NCBI GenBank assembly: GCA_020725385.1
Contig: DYFC01000070.1
Coordinates: 1-27,206 of the forward strand
DNA: 27,206 nucleotides
Reading direction: 5' to 3'
Source of the DNA: Nitrospira japonica
GTDB taxonomy: Bacteria > Nitrospirota > Thermodesulfovibrionia > Thermodesulfovibrionales > SM23-35
The notes below the pieces were generated by a model. That model did no database searches, was not told where the DNA came from, and worked only from the letters and a program-made list of their open reading frames with translations. Each line of letters begins with the position of its first letter. Position 1 is the stretch's first letter. Both the position numbers and the translations under genes were made by a program. Positions 27,179-27,206 of this stretch are shown piece after piece.

Positions 27179-27206
27179 TGCAGACATTGCTCAAAAATTT
27201 ATTTAA

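Noticed and set aside
27178-27206. ATG overlapping the final stop codon (MQTLLKNLF...)
   Set aside because: Possibly the start of the next gene, but only 9 codons are visible, too few to call.

Overview
AT-rich bacterial chromosomal window whose gene content suggests an anaerobic sulfur-cycling diderm (Nitrospirota/Thermodesulfovibrionia- or Desulfobacterota-like; this is inference). It has three parts. (1) 1-2020: the end of a hybrid histidine kinase, a nitroreductase and a GntR/UTRA regulator. (2) 2254-19471: a dense signalling and transport region. It holds a Cache-type kinase, three stand-alone receivers and a His-retaining pseudokinase; an operon of a Lon-type protease with an inserted receiver domain, a HAMP kinase and a sigma54 activator; a divergent USP-like/TauE/USP operon; a SulP transporter with a cytidylate-kinase-like-BON-receiver protein; an orphan radical SAM/SPASM enzyme; and a CBS protein. 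(3) 19679-25733: a nitrogen-assimilation cluster (stand-alone NifA-like HTH, outer-membrane barrel, amtB, PII, second amt, glnA) with two matching sigma54/IHF/UAS promoters and a candidate structured RNA. It is followed by tRNA-Ala(CGC) and two lipoprotein genes. The most notable items are the receiver-bearing Lon apparently wired to the same kinase as the sigma54 activator, a second separate phosphorelay through a ChpT-like pseudokinase, and the unannotated RNA fold and mini-HTH in the nitrogen cluster. No CRISPR array, rRNA or mobile element was seen.
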